A DNA stretch of 64,000 nucleotides from contig DATNOR010000160.1 of the NCBI GenBank assembly GCA_035601235.1, positions 2,137 to 66,136 on the forward strand, written 5' to 3'. The stretch comes from Gemmatimonadales bacterium (GTDB taxonomy: Bacteria > Gemmatimonadota > Gemmatimonadetes > Gemmatimonadales > GWC2-71-9). The notes under the pieces were generated by a model, which saw only the letters and a program-made list of their open reading frames with translations, did not search any database and had not been told where the DNA came from. Of the stretch, positions 28,224 to 35,714 are shown one piece after another. The position numbers were made by a program, and so were the translations under genes. How positions within the stretch are numbered: position 1 is the first letter of the stretch; each line of letters opens with the position of its first letter.

Positions 28224-29519
28224 TCAGGCGGACATCGCCCGCAGCTCGGCGTCTACGCGCTCCCGCTCGACGGCTTCGCCCAGCGAGTCGAACAGCTCGC
28301 GGGCGCGCTCGAGGTAGGCGCGAGCTTCTTCATGCTGGCCGAGCCGGCTGCGGAACAGCCCGTAGGCGTGGTATACCTGCGCTTCCGCGCCGGGAGAGCG
28401 CTCCACCGCGCGGGCGAGCTCGATCGCCTGCTCGAAGAACACGAATCCGGTCTCATCCTGCTGGGCGCCGCGCAGCTTCCCCATCAGCGTGTAGATCTGG
28501 GCCAGCCGGCCCGCCAGATTGGCCGCGATCGCCACCTGCTCCGCCCGGCGCAGCTCCCCTTCGGCGTCGAGCCAGCGCTCCATCTCGAGGTCGAGCTCAG
28601 CGAGATTCAAGCGGATCGCCAGCTCCAGCCCCGGCGCCCGGGGCTCTCGCTGTGCCCAGGCGAGCGCCTCCCGGTACGCCGCGTCGGCGGCGGTATGCCT
28701 CCCGAGCTGGGCGTCGAGCCGCCCCTGGGCGTCCAGCACGCGCGCCATCTCGTCGGCGCGTCCCGCCGCTTCGAACCGCTCGCGCGCGCGCCGCAGATAG
28801 TCACCGGCGGTGGCGAGATCGCCCTGCTTGCGGGCCAGCACGCCGAGCCGGCGCTCCAGCCGCCCCATCTGCCCCTCGTCACCCGACGCCTCGGCGAGGC
28901 GCAGCCCGCGACCGTACCATGCCAGGGCCCCCCCCCACTCGCCCTGGGCGCGCGACACGTCGCCCAGTCCCTCGCACGCCGCGATCGTGCCCGCCTGATC
29001 GAACTCCGCTTCCGCGAGGGCGAAGGCGCGCTGGAACTGACGGGCGCCTTCGACATACTGGCCGAGCCGGAGGCACAGATAGCCGAGGGCGCGCAGGGCG
29101 TCCACTTCGGGACGGCGGTCCTGCAGGCCTTCTGCCACGCTGAGCGCGAGCTCGTACCACGCTCGCGCCTGGGGGAACCGCCCCACTTCCTCCTCGAGAT
29201 GGCCGCCCCGCACGAGCGCGCCCACGACGCCCGCCGCGTCACCGCGTTGCCGGGCTTCGAGCGCCTCCACGTACGTCTTGCAGAGCGCCTGCACGTGCTC
29301 GGCGATGCGGTGCAGCGCATGGGGCAGACGGCGCCGCAGCTCGTCGGGGTCGACGCCGCGCTTGCCCAGCGTGAGGTACGGCCCCGAGCTCGACCACAAG
29401 GCCCGCTCGTCGGGGCGCGCAATCGAGATCAGCAGCGCGCGCAGCGGGGCGAGTGCCTCGAGCTCGGGCATGAGCTCCAGCGCCTTTTCGACGCGCACCG
29501 GAGGAAGCGGCGAGCTCAC
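28224..29519 (-). CDS. Tetratricopeptide-repeat (TPR) protein, last gene of the stressosome/EBP operon
   Basis: The body is all-helical with repeated A..Y..AL...G..G.A TPR-like units. The GTG start at 29519 overlaps the EBP stop (GTGA). Upstream ORF extension is rejected because it overlaps the EBP gene. Confidence 0.7.
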   Translation of the reverse strand: MSSPLPPVRVEKALELMPELEALAPLRALLISIARPDERALWSSSGPYLTLGKRGVDPDELRRRLPHALHRIAEHVQALCKTYVEALEARQRGDAAGVVGALVRGGHLEEEVGRFPQARAWYELALSVAEGLQDRRPEVDALRALGYLCLRLGQYVEGARQFQRAFALAEAEFDQAGTIAACEGLGDVSRAQGEWGGALAWYGRGLRLAEASGDEGQMGRLERRLGVLARKQGDLATAGDYLRRARERFEAAGRADEMARVLDAQGRLDAQLGRHTAADAAYREALAWAQREPRAPGLELAIRLNLAELDLEMERWLDAEGELRRAEQVAIAANLAGRLAQIYTLMGKLRGAQQDETGFVFFEQAIELARAVERSPGAEAQVYHAYGLFRSRLGQHEEARAYLERARELFDSLGEAVERERVDAELRAMSA

Positions 29520-30934
29520 AACCCGTACTCCTTCATCTTCCTGGTCAGGGTGTTGCGATGAATGCCCAGGATCTCGGCCGCCGCGCCGATCTGCCCGTTG
29601 GTGTGCGCGAGCACGCGCGCGATGTAGCGGGCCTCCACTTCCGCGAGCGCGAGCAGGCCGCCCTGCGGGCGGTCCGTCAGCGCCGTCTCTTCGCCGCGGA
29701 TCTCGTCCGGCAGGTGCTCGGCGCGCAGCGTGTCGTCGTTCGCGACGATGACGCCCCGCTCGATCACGTTGCGCAGCTCGCGCACGTTGCCGACCCACGC
29801 GTGGGCACGCAGCAGGTCCATGGCCCGGTCCGAGATCGCGATGATGCGCTTGCCGTAGCGCTCGGCGAACTGGCGGATGAAGAACGCGGTCAGCAGCAGC
29901 AGATCCTCGCCGCGCTCCGCCAGCTTCGGCAGACGGATCGTGATCACCGCCAGGCGGTAGTACAGGTCCTCCCGGAACCGGCCCTGCTTGATTGCTTCCT
30001 TGAGATCGCGGTTCGTCGCCGCAATGAGGCGCACGTCCACCGGGATCGTGTCCGTGCCGCCCACCCGCTCGATCTCCCGCTCCTGCACCGCCCGCAGGAT
30101 CTTGGCCTGGAGGGCGAGGCTCATGTCGGCGATTTCATCGAGGAACAGGGTCCCGCCGGCGGCGTGCTCGAAGCGGCCGACCTTGCGGGTCACCGCGCCC
30201 GTAAACGCGCCCTTCTCGTGGCCGAACAGCTCACTCTCGAGCAGGTTTTCCGGTATGGCGGCGCAGTTCACTGCCACGAACGCGCCGGTGGCCTTGGGGC
30301 CGTGCAGGTGCACGGCGCGGGCGACCACCTCTTTGCCCGTCCCCGATTCGCCCTGAATGAGCACGGTGGCGGTGCTGGCAGCGACGCGCGCCAGCAGCTT
30401 GTAGACGTCGAGCATGGCGGGACTCTGCCCGACCAGCGCATTCGGGCCGACGGCGTGATGCTCGACTACGGGAAGCGGAATCGTCGTGTCCCGGGCCGCG
30501 GAGCGCAGCCGCTCCAAGGCGCGGATCAGGTCGTCACGGCGCAGCGGCAGGGCGAGCACGTCCAGCACGCCGAGCTTCTCGGCGCGCAGCGCCAGTCCCA
30601 TCGACGGCGTCTGCGCCGCCGCGATCAACCGCGGGCCACCCGTGGCGGCGCGCAACGCGTCGGCCCACCACCCCAGCTCCTCGTCGGGGCGCTCGCCCAG
30701 CGCGGCGAGGACGACGTCCCACCGCTGGCCCGCCAACAGACGCACCGCCCGCGGCAGATCGGGCGCCGCGTCCACCTCCAGCCGGCCGTCGTCCGCCCAC
30801 TGCCGCAGACTCTGGAGCAGGGCGGCGCTCCCCGCACCCTCACCCGCGACGACGAGAATCCGCAAGCGCGCTGCGTCCTCCTTCCGCGGCACCGCGGGCA
30901 GAGGCGAAGGCTCCATCCCGATCGGAGGGGTCAT
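29516..30934 (-). CDS. Sigma-54-dependent transcriptional activator (bEBP) with degenerate N-terminal receiver-like domain
   Basis: It has the AAA+ Walker A GESGTGKE, the sigma-54 contact loop GAFTGA, Walker B LFLDEI, the R-finger region, and a C-terminal Fis-type HTH (AAEILGIHRNTLTRKMKEYGL). The ATGA overlap joins it to the rsbX-like stop. Confidence 0.9.
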   Translation of the reverse strand: MTPPIGMEPSPLPAVPRKEDAARLRILVVAGEGAGSAALLQSLRQWADDGRLEVDAAPDLPRAVRLLAGQRWDVVLAALGERPDEELGWWADALRAATGGPRLIAAAQTPSMGLALRAEKLGVLDVLALPLRRDDLIRALERLRSAARDTTIPLPVVEHHAVGPNALVGQSPAMLDVYKLLARVAASTATVLIQGESGTGKEVVARAVHLHGPKATGAFVAVNCAAIPENLLESELFGHEKGAFTGAVTRKVGRFEHAAGGTLFLDEIADMSLALQAKILRAVQEREIERVGGTDTIPVDVRLIAATNRDLKEAIKQGRFREDLYYRLAVITIRLPKLAERGEDLLLLTAFFIRQFAERYGKRIIAISDRAMDLLRAHAWVGNVRELRNVIERGVIVANDDTLRAEHLPDEIRGEETALTDRPQGGLLALAEVEARYIARVLAHTNGQIGAAAEILGIHRNTLTRKMKEYGL

Positions 30935-31572
30935 CCGCTCGTCCGGGTGCCGCCCCGATAGCGAGCCACCAGCACTAGGGCATCATCCGTGCCCTTGCCG
31001 TGCTGGCTCAGGATGTGCTCGGCGAGCTGTTGCGGGGGTGCCTCGAGCTGCAGCCCGTCGCTGAACCCTTCCCGGATCCCGTCGGTGGCGAAGATGAGCA
31101 CGTCTCCGCGGGCCAGGGGGACTACCTGCGCGCGGACCTCTGGCAGCTCGGATCCGACAATGCCGCCCCGCGTGACCAGACCGGCGCGCGTCGGCTTGGC
31201 CGACGGGGCCGCGCCGACATGGAACAGCATGCAGTCCACGTTGCCGACACCGGCCCACGTCAGGGCGTTCTGGTGGCGGTTGGCGAACGCGAGGCTCATC
31301 ACCACGCCGCGCGAGCCCTTGAGCGCCACGTGGCAGCGCTCGAGCAGCGCCAACACCGATTCGGACGCGTGCTCATCCAGCGTATTCACGGCCGTGCGGG
31401 CTGCAGTCGCCGCTTCCGTGCCGTGGCCTAGCCCATCCACGACCGCGACGAGCACGCCGGTGGCGACCGGCTTGACCAGGTGCAGGTCCCCGGACTGGGC
31501 CTGGCCCGGCAGCGCCGACGCGGCGACGCCCCAGTCGATCAGGGCCGAGGCGTCCACCGACGCCCTAGGCAT
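30931..31572 (-). CDS. rsbX: PP2C/SpoIIE-type serine phosphatase, RsbX-like
   Basis: 213 aa with GDLHLV..VAVVDGLGHG and FATDGI metal-binding Asp motifs. Its position directly after the rsbT homologue matches the canonical RsbRSTX module. Confidence 0.75.
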   Translation of the reverse strand: MPRASVDASALIDWGVAASALPGQAQSGDLHLVKPVATGVLVAVVDGLGHGTEAATAARTAVNTLDEHASESVLALLERCHVALKGSRGVVMSLAFANRHQNALTWAGVGNVDCMLFHVGAAPSAKPTRAGLVTRGGIVGSELPEVRAQVVPLARGDVLIFATDGIREGFSDGLQLEAPPQQLAEHILSQHGKGTDDALVLVARYRGGTRTSG

Positions 31573-31975
31573 TCATGCGCCGCCATTTCTTCATCGTCAC
31601 GGTGGTCCCCTTGCCCGCATCGGAGACCACCTCGAAATCGTCCATCAGACGGCGGGCGCCGGGCAGCCCGAGACCCAAACCCCCGGACGTGGAGTACCCG
31701 TCCTGCATGGCGCGGGGCACGTCGCGGATCCCGGGCCCCTGATCGCGCGCCACGACAATGACGCCCTGACGGTCGCCGTTCGCCACGACGCTGAGGGCGA
31801 TTTCGCCACGCTTGGCGTACATCAGGATGTTGCGCGCGATCTCGGAGATGGCGGCGGCGATCACGGTCTGGTCGCCGCTCGAGAATCCCGCCTCCGCGGC
31901 CAGGTCGCGCCCCCGCTGCCGGGCGGTGACGACGTCCACATCCGCCGCGATCGGGATCAGCAAGTCGTCAGCCAC
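31565..31975 (-). CDS. rsbT: RsbT-like GHKL serine/threonine kinase (anti-sigma-regulatory-factor family)
   Basis: 136 aa with a GTG start. It has the HATPase_c_2 motifs EIARNILMYA, DQGPGI and GLGLGLPG, with 8-nt overlaps on both sides. Confidence 0.85.
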   Translation of the reverse strand: MADDLLIPIAADVDVVTARQRGRDLAAEAGFSSGDQTVIAAAISEIARNILMYAKRGEIALSVVANGDRQGVIVVARDQGPGIRDVPRAMQDGYSTSGGLGLGLPGARRLMDDFEVVSDAGKGTTVTMKKWRRMNA

Positions 31976-32363
31976 GGTCGAGACGTCCCGGTCCGCCGCG
32001 CTCGATTCGGATCTGGGTCTGGACGTTGAGGAACGCCAGGCCTTCCTCCAGGTCGAGGGCGGTCGACACCCCCTTGAGCGTCAGCCCGAGCTGCACCATC
32101 GCGAACGCGACCTCGGGCTGGATGCCCACGATCACCGTTTCCGCACCGCGCAGCCGCGCCATGTGCGCGATGTCGCGCAGCGTGCGGACGGCGAACGAAT
32201 CCATCACGTCGAGCGCCGTGACGTCCACGATGACCCCGCGCGCCCGAAACCGCCCCACGCGCTCGATCAACGCCTCACGCAGCTGCGACAGATCGGCGTC
32301 GGTCAGCGCCGACTGGATGGACGCGATCAGGTAGTGACCCTGCTTCAGAATGGGAACTTCCAC
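31968..32363 (-). CDS. rsbS: Single-domain STAS protein, RsbS-like stressosome scaffold
   Basis: 131 aa with a GTG start. The STAS fold includes DVTALDVMDSFAVR, which carries the conserved phosphorylatable Ser in the DS context. Confidence 0.85.
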   Translation of the reverse strand: MEVPILKQGHYLIASIQSALTDADLSQLREALIERVGRFRARGVIVDVTALDVMDSFAVRTLRDIAHMARLRGAETVIVGIQPEVAFAMVQLGLTLKGVSTALDLEEGLAFLNVQTQIRIERGGPGRLDRG

Positions 32364-32394
32364 ACGCCCCCCGTCGACGGAGTGGTGTGCCGGC

Positions 32395-33303
32395 TCACGC
32401 CTTCGGAGTCAGCTCTTCCAGCGGCACGACCTTGTACCCCAGCAGCCGCTCCGCCTCCTCGATGCCCCCCTGCAGATCGCCCACCGTCGCCATCTCGCTC
32501 AAGTCGACGCCGATCGTCACGAGTGTCTGCGCGATTTCGGGCGAGAGACCCGTCACGATCACCATGGCACCTAGCAGGCGCGACGCTTCGACCGTCTGCA
32601 CGAGGTGGTTCGCCACGTTTGAGTCCATGGCCGCAACGCCCGTGATGTCGATCACGACCACCTTGGCGCGGTTGGTCCGGATGGCCCGCAACAGCTGCTC
32701 GGTGAGCTGGCGCGCGCGCTGCGGATCGATCACGCCGATGATCGGCAAGATCAAGAGCCGCTCGCGCACCTGCAACACCGGCGTCGATAGCTCCCGGATC
32801 GCCTCCTGCTGCTGGCGGATGATGCGCTCGCGCTCTTGCACGAAGCCGACCGCCACCGTGTTGGCGATGCGGTTGGCGGCCGGCTCGTAGGCGTCGAGGA
32901 TGCGGTTGAGTTTGTCGAAATCCTCGTGGTATTTGCCGAACAGCGAGCGGGCGAGCACGTCGCGCAACAGCAGCACGATTCCGACCACTTCGTGCGTCTC
33001 GACCCCTCGCGGGATGATGCGCTCCGACAGGTTGCGCGCGTAGGCCTGCAGGGCCTCGAACGTCCCCGTCTCGAGCGCTTCGACGTAGTTGTCGTACACC
33101 GAGGTCGCTTCGGCGAAGATTTCCTCCTCGGTCATCGCCGTGAGCAGCTGGGCTCGCGTGATGCGCCGGGCCCATTCCTCACGCAACTGGGTGCGATTCT
33201 GCCGGAGGTGCGCCACCAGCTCGCGCAACAGCGCCGCGGTGGATTCCGTCTGTGCTTGGGAGTCAGGCAGCGGCGACTGTGCGTCTTTTCCTTTGGTGGC
33301 CAT
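32395..33303 (-). CDS. rsbR: RsbR-like stressosome sensor (N-terminal helical/globin-like sensor domain plus C-terminal STAS)
   Basis: 302 aa. The C-terminal ELSTPVLQV..LLILPIIGVID..IDITGVAAMDS matches the RsbR STAS domain, including positions equivalent to the two phospho-acceptor sites. Confidence 0.85.
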   Translation of the reverse strand: MATKGKDAQSPLPDSQAQTESTAALLRELVAHLRQNRTQLREEWARRITRAQLLTAMTEEEIFAEATSVYDNYVEALETGTFEALQAYARNLSERIIPRGVETHEVVGIVLLLRDVLARSLFGKYHEDFDKLNRILDAYEPAANRIANTVAVGFVQERERIIRQQQEAIRELSTPVLQVRERLLILPIIGVIDPQRARQLTEQLLRAIRTNRAKVVVIDITGVAAMDSNVANHLVQTVEASRLLGAMVIVTGLSPEIAQTLVTIGVDLSEMATVGDLQGGIEEAERLLGYKVVPLEELTPKA

Positions 33304-33346
33304 GGCTGGCGCTCCCCGCCTGGTCGAATGTTGCCGCGGCGCAACA

Positions 33347-33361
33347 GCAAGGCTAGTGCCA
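33347..33361 (-). promoter_or_regulatory. Sigma-54 (-24/-12) promoter of the stressosome operon
   Basis: The minus strand reads tTGGCACtagccTTGCt, a full match to TGGCAC-N5-TTGC(W). The -12 C lies 44 nt upstream of the rsbR ATG, with a GGGGAG Shine-Dalgarno in between. Confidence 0.7.
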
Positions 33362-33799
33362 ACTTGTTGGATCGGCTCGACTACCGTAACTGACGACTCC
33401 CAAGAGCGTTACAAATCTACTCGCTGTACGAGGAGAGCGTCAGTGCAACACTTCGAGGCGCGCGCGTGCGGCTTGATGCACAAAAAAAAGGCGCAGGGGA
33501 GCGAGCCACCATCGGGGCCCACCCGCCCGCGCGCTGCAGTCGGGTGGACGCAATCCGCGAATGGTCAGCTCAGTTGGCCCGCTTCCCCGCGTACATGTCC
33601 TGCGTATCGTCGTGGCGCGCCGCATCGCGGCACCCACGCTACTACGGGTCCCTTCGCAAGACGGATGCCGCGCGCGGTGCCTTGATTCGTGTTACTCGAG
33701 CGGGACGCGGGGCGGCCCCATGTGGTCGGAATGCAGCATCATGCCGCACGAATTGTACGACGCAGTCGCAGCGCCGCCGCGGAGCTTAGGGAGAGCGCC

Positions 33800-33829
33800 G
33801 CGGGGAGCGGCGTGCGGTCCGCTCCCCGC
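33800..33829 (-). terminator. GC-rich stem-loop downstream of wecB (putative operon terminator, no U-tract)
   Basis: A perfect 11-bp stem, gcggggagcgg / ccgctccccgc, with an 8-nt loop, about 75 nt after the wecB stop. Confidence 0.45.
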
Positions 33830-33902
33830 CGGGCTCTGCATCGGTCATTCGCTGACCTCCGGGTTAGGCACACTGTTGCGACGGCTCATCTGCGTGCGAC
33901 GC

Positions 33903-35072
33903 TCAGCCGGTGCCGAGCGGGTGCGGGATCGCGACCGCGCGGCGGGGGGTGTGGGGCGAGGTCGCCGCCAGCGGGACGTCGAGCTCGAACCGCTCCTCGT
34001 CGCAGAGGACGCGGGCGATGCGTTCGGCCGCCCGGCCGTCCCACCGCTCGATGACCGGTCGCGCCGGCGAGCGGCGCGCCAGCGCCCGCTCGGCGGCCGC
34101 GAGGATCGCGTCGCGCTTGGGGAGTACGAGACGGTTCGTGCCGTGGGTGCAGGTGATGGGACGCTCGGTGCTGGGCCGCACCGTGAGACACGGCACGCCC
34201 AGGAACGACGTCTCCTCCTGGAGCCCGCCCGAATCGGTCACCACGAGCGCCGCGCCCGCCACCAGGCTGAGCATCTCCATATACCCGAGCGGCTCGAGCA
34301 CCTGCAGCGGGCCGTCATCCGGGAGCCGGAGTCCGTGCGCCTGGAGGCGCTGGCGCGTACGAGGGTGCATCGGGAACAGGACCACCACTCGCTCCGCCAG
34401 CAGGACTAGGGCCTCGACCAGCTCCCGGAAGACGACGGGGTCGTCGACGTTGCCCGGCCGGTGCAACGTCACCATGGCGAACCGCTTCCCGCTCAGCCCG
34501 CGGCGCGCCGGGACTTCCAGCGCCAGCGCCTGCGGCAGCGCCCAGCTGAGCGTATCGATCATGACGTTCCCCACGAAGTGCATCCGATCGAGCCCAATCC
34601 CCTCGCCGGCGAGATTGGCTGCGGCGTCGCGCGATGGCAGGAACAGCAGGTCCGACAGGCGGTCCGTGACCACCCGGTTGATCTCCTCGGGCATCGTCCA
34701 GTCGCCGCTGCGCAACCCAGATTCAACGTGACCGATGCGCACCCCGAGTTTGGCGGCCACGAGGGCGGCGGCCAGGGTGGAGTTGACGTCGCCGTAGACC
34801 AGCAGGATCTCGGGCCGGAGCTCCGCTAGGATGGGCTCAAGGCGCTGCATCACTTCGGCTGTCTGGCGCGCGTGCGAACCCGAGCCGACCCCGAGATGGT
34901 GGTCGGGCGCCGGGATCCACAGCTCTTCAAAGAACGCGTCCGACATGTCCCGGTCGTAGTGTTGTCCGGTGTGCACGATCACGTGCTCGATGCCGCGCTT
35001 CACCAGCTCGCGATCGACCGGTGCGAGCTTCATGAAGTTGGGGCGCGCGCCCACCACGGAGAGAACTCGCAT
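33903..35072 (-). CDS. wecB: UDP-N-acetylglucosamine 2-epimerase (non-hydrolysing)
   Basis: I trimmed the start to ATG 35072. The N-terminus MRVLSVVGARPNFMKLAPV, plus HTGQHYD, VHVESGLRS and DSGGLQEE motifs, fit WecB. Confidence 0.9.
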   Translation of the reverse strand: MRVLSVVGARPNFMKLAPVDRELVKRGIEHVIVHTGQHYDRDMSDAFFEELWIPAPDHHLGVGSGSHARQTAEVMQRLEPILAELRPEILLVYGDVNSTLAAALVAAKLGVRIGHVESGLRSGDWTMPEEINRVVTDRLSDLLFLPSRDAAANLAGEGIGLDRMHFVGNVMIDTLSWALPQALALEVPARRGLSGKRFAMVTLHRPGNVDDPVVFRELVEALVLLAERVVVLFPMHPRTRQRLQAHGLRLPDDGPLQVLEPLGYMEMLSLVAGAALVVTDSGGLQEETSFLGVPCLTVRPSTERPITCTHGTNRLVLPKRDAILAAAERALARRSPARPVIERWDGRAAERIARVLCDEERFELDVPLAATSPHTPRRAVAIPHPLGTG

Positions 35073-35077
35073 TCGGC

Positions 35078-35710
35078 TCAGCGCATGTGCGTCGCGATCA
35101 GAATCGCCGCTGGGATCCCCGCGAGGATCGCGATGATCCGCCACTTGGATTCGGGGTCGGCGCGCCGGGGCACGATGATCTGATCGCCCGAGCGCAATCC
35201 CATGCCGTCGACGGTCGCGCCGCGCGCGATCGCCTCCTGCAGATCACTGCCCGTCACGCCGTCCCGTCCGATCCGGTCGATGCGCGTGCCGGTGAATTTC
35301 GCGTCCTTCGTGGGTCCTCCGGCCGCCATCAACGCGTCCGACACCGGGGCGTCGGCCGCGACCGGGTAGAACCCTGGGTGCTCCACTTCGCCCAGCACCG
35401 ACAGCCGCACCAGCACCTTGGCATGGACGACGGGATCCTTCATGTAGCGTTTGAGCTGGTCCCTGAGGTACGTCTCCACCTGCGCGCGCCGCACCCCCGC
35501 GAGCGGGATGGGGCCGATCACCGGGAGCATCAGGGCCGGTCCGGGACCGACCGTGAAGGCCTTGGTGAACTGGCTGTCCCCCTCCACCTCGAGCTGGATC
35601 TGGTCGTTGATCTGGAAGTCGCTGGTCGCGGCCCCGTTTGCCGTCTGGGCGGCGGCGGGACCTGCCAGGAGCATCAGCGCCACGAGGCGCACGATCGTCT
35701 TGGCTATCAT
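35078..35710 (-). CDS. Polysaccharide export protein (Wza/Poly_export plus SLBB type)
   Basis: It has a signal peptide, a Poly_export-like segment (INDQIQLEV..FTVGPGPALMLPVIGPIPLAG) and an SLBB-like C-terminal part (GDQIIVP). Confidence 0.75.
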   Translation of the reverse strand: MIAKTIVRLVALMLLAGPAAAQTANGAATSDFQINDQIQLEVEGDSQFTKAFTVGPGPALMLPVIGPIPLAGVRRAQVETYLRDQLKRYMKDPVVHAKVLVRLSVLGEVEHPGFYPVAADAPVSDALMAAGGPTKDAKFTGTRIDRIGRDGVTGSDLQEAIARGATVDGMGLRSGDQIIVPRRADPESKWRIIAILAGIPAAILIATHMR

Positions 35711-35714
35711 GGTA

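Noticed and set aside
33440-33789. ORFs 33440..33637 (-) and 33466..33789 (+), plus the start of 33561..34409 (+), in the long intergenic gap.
   Set aside because: They have no RBS and mutually overlapping frames. Their Arg/Cys/Ala-rich composition is atypical of the real genes in this window, and they show no recognisable motif.
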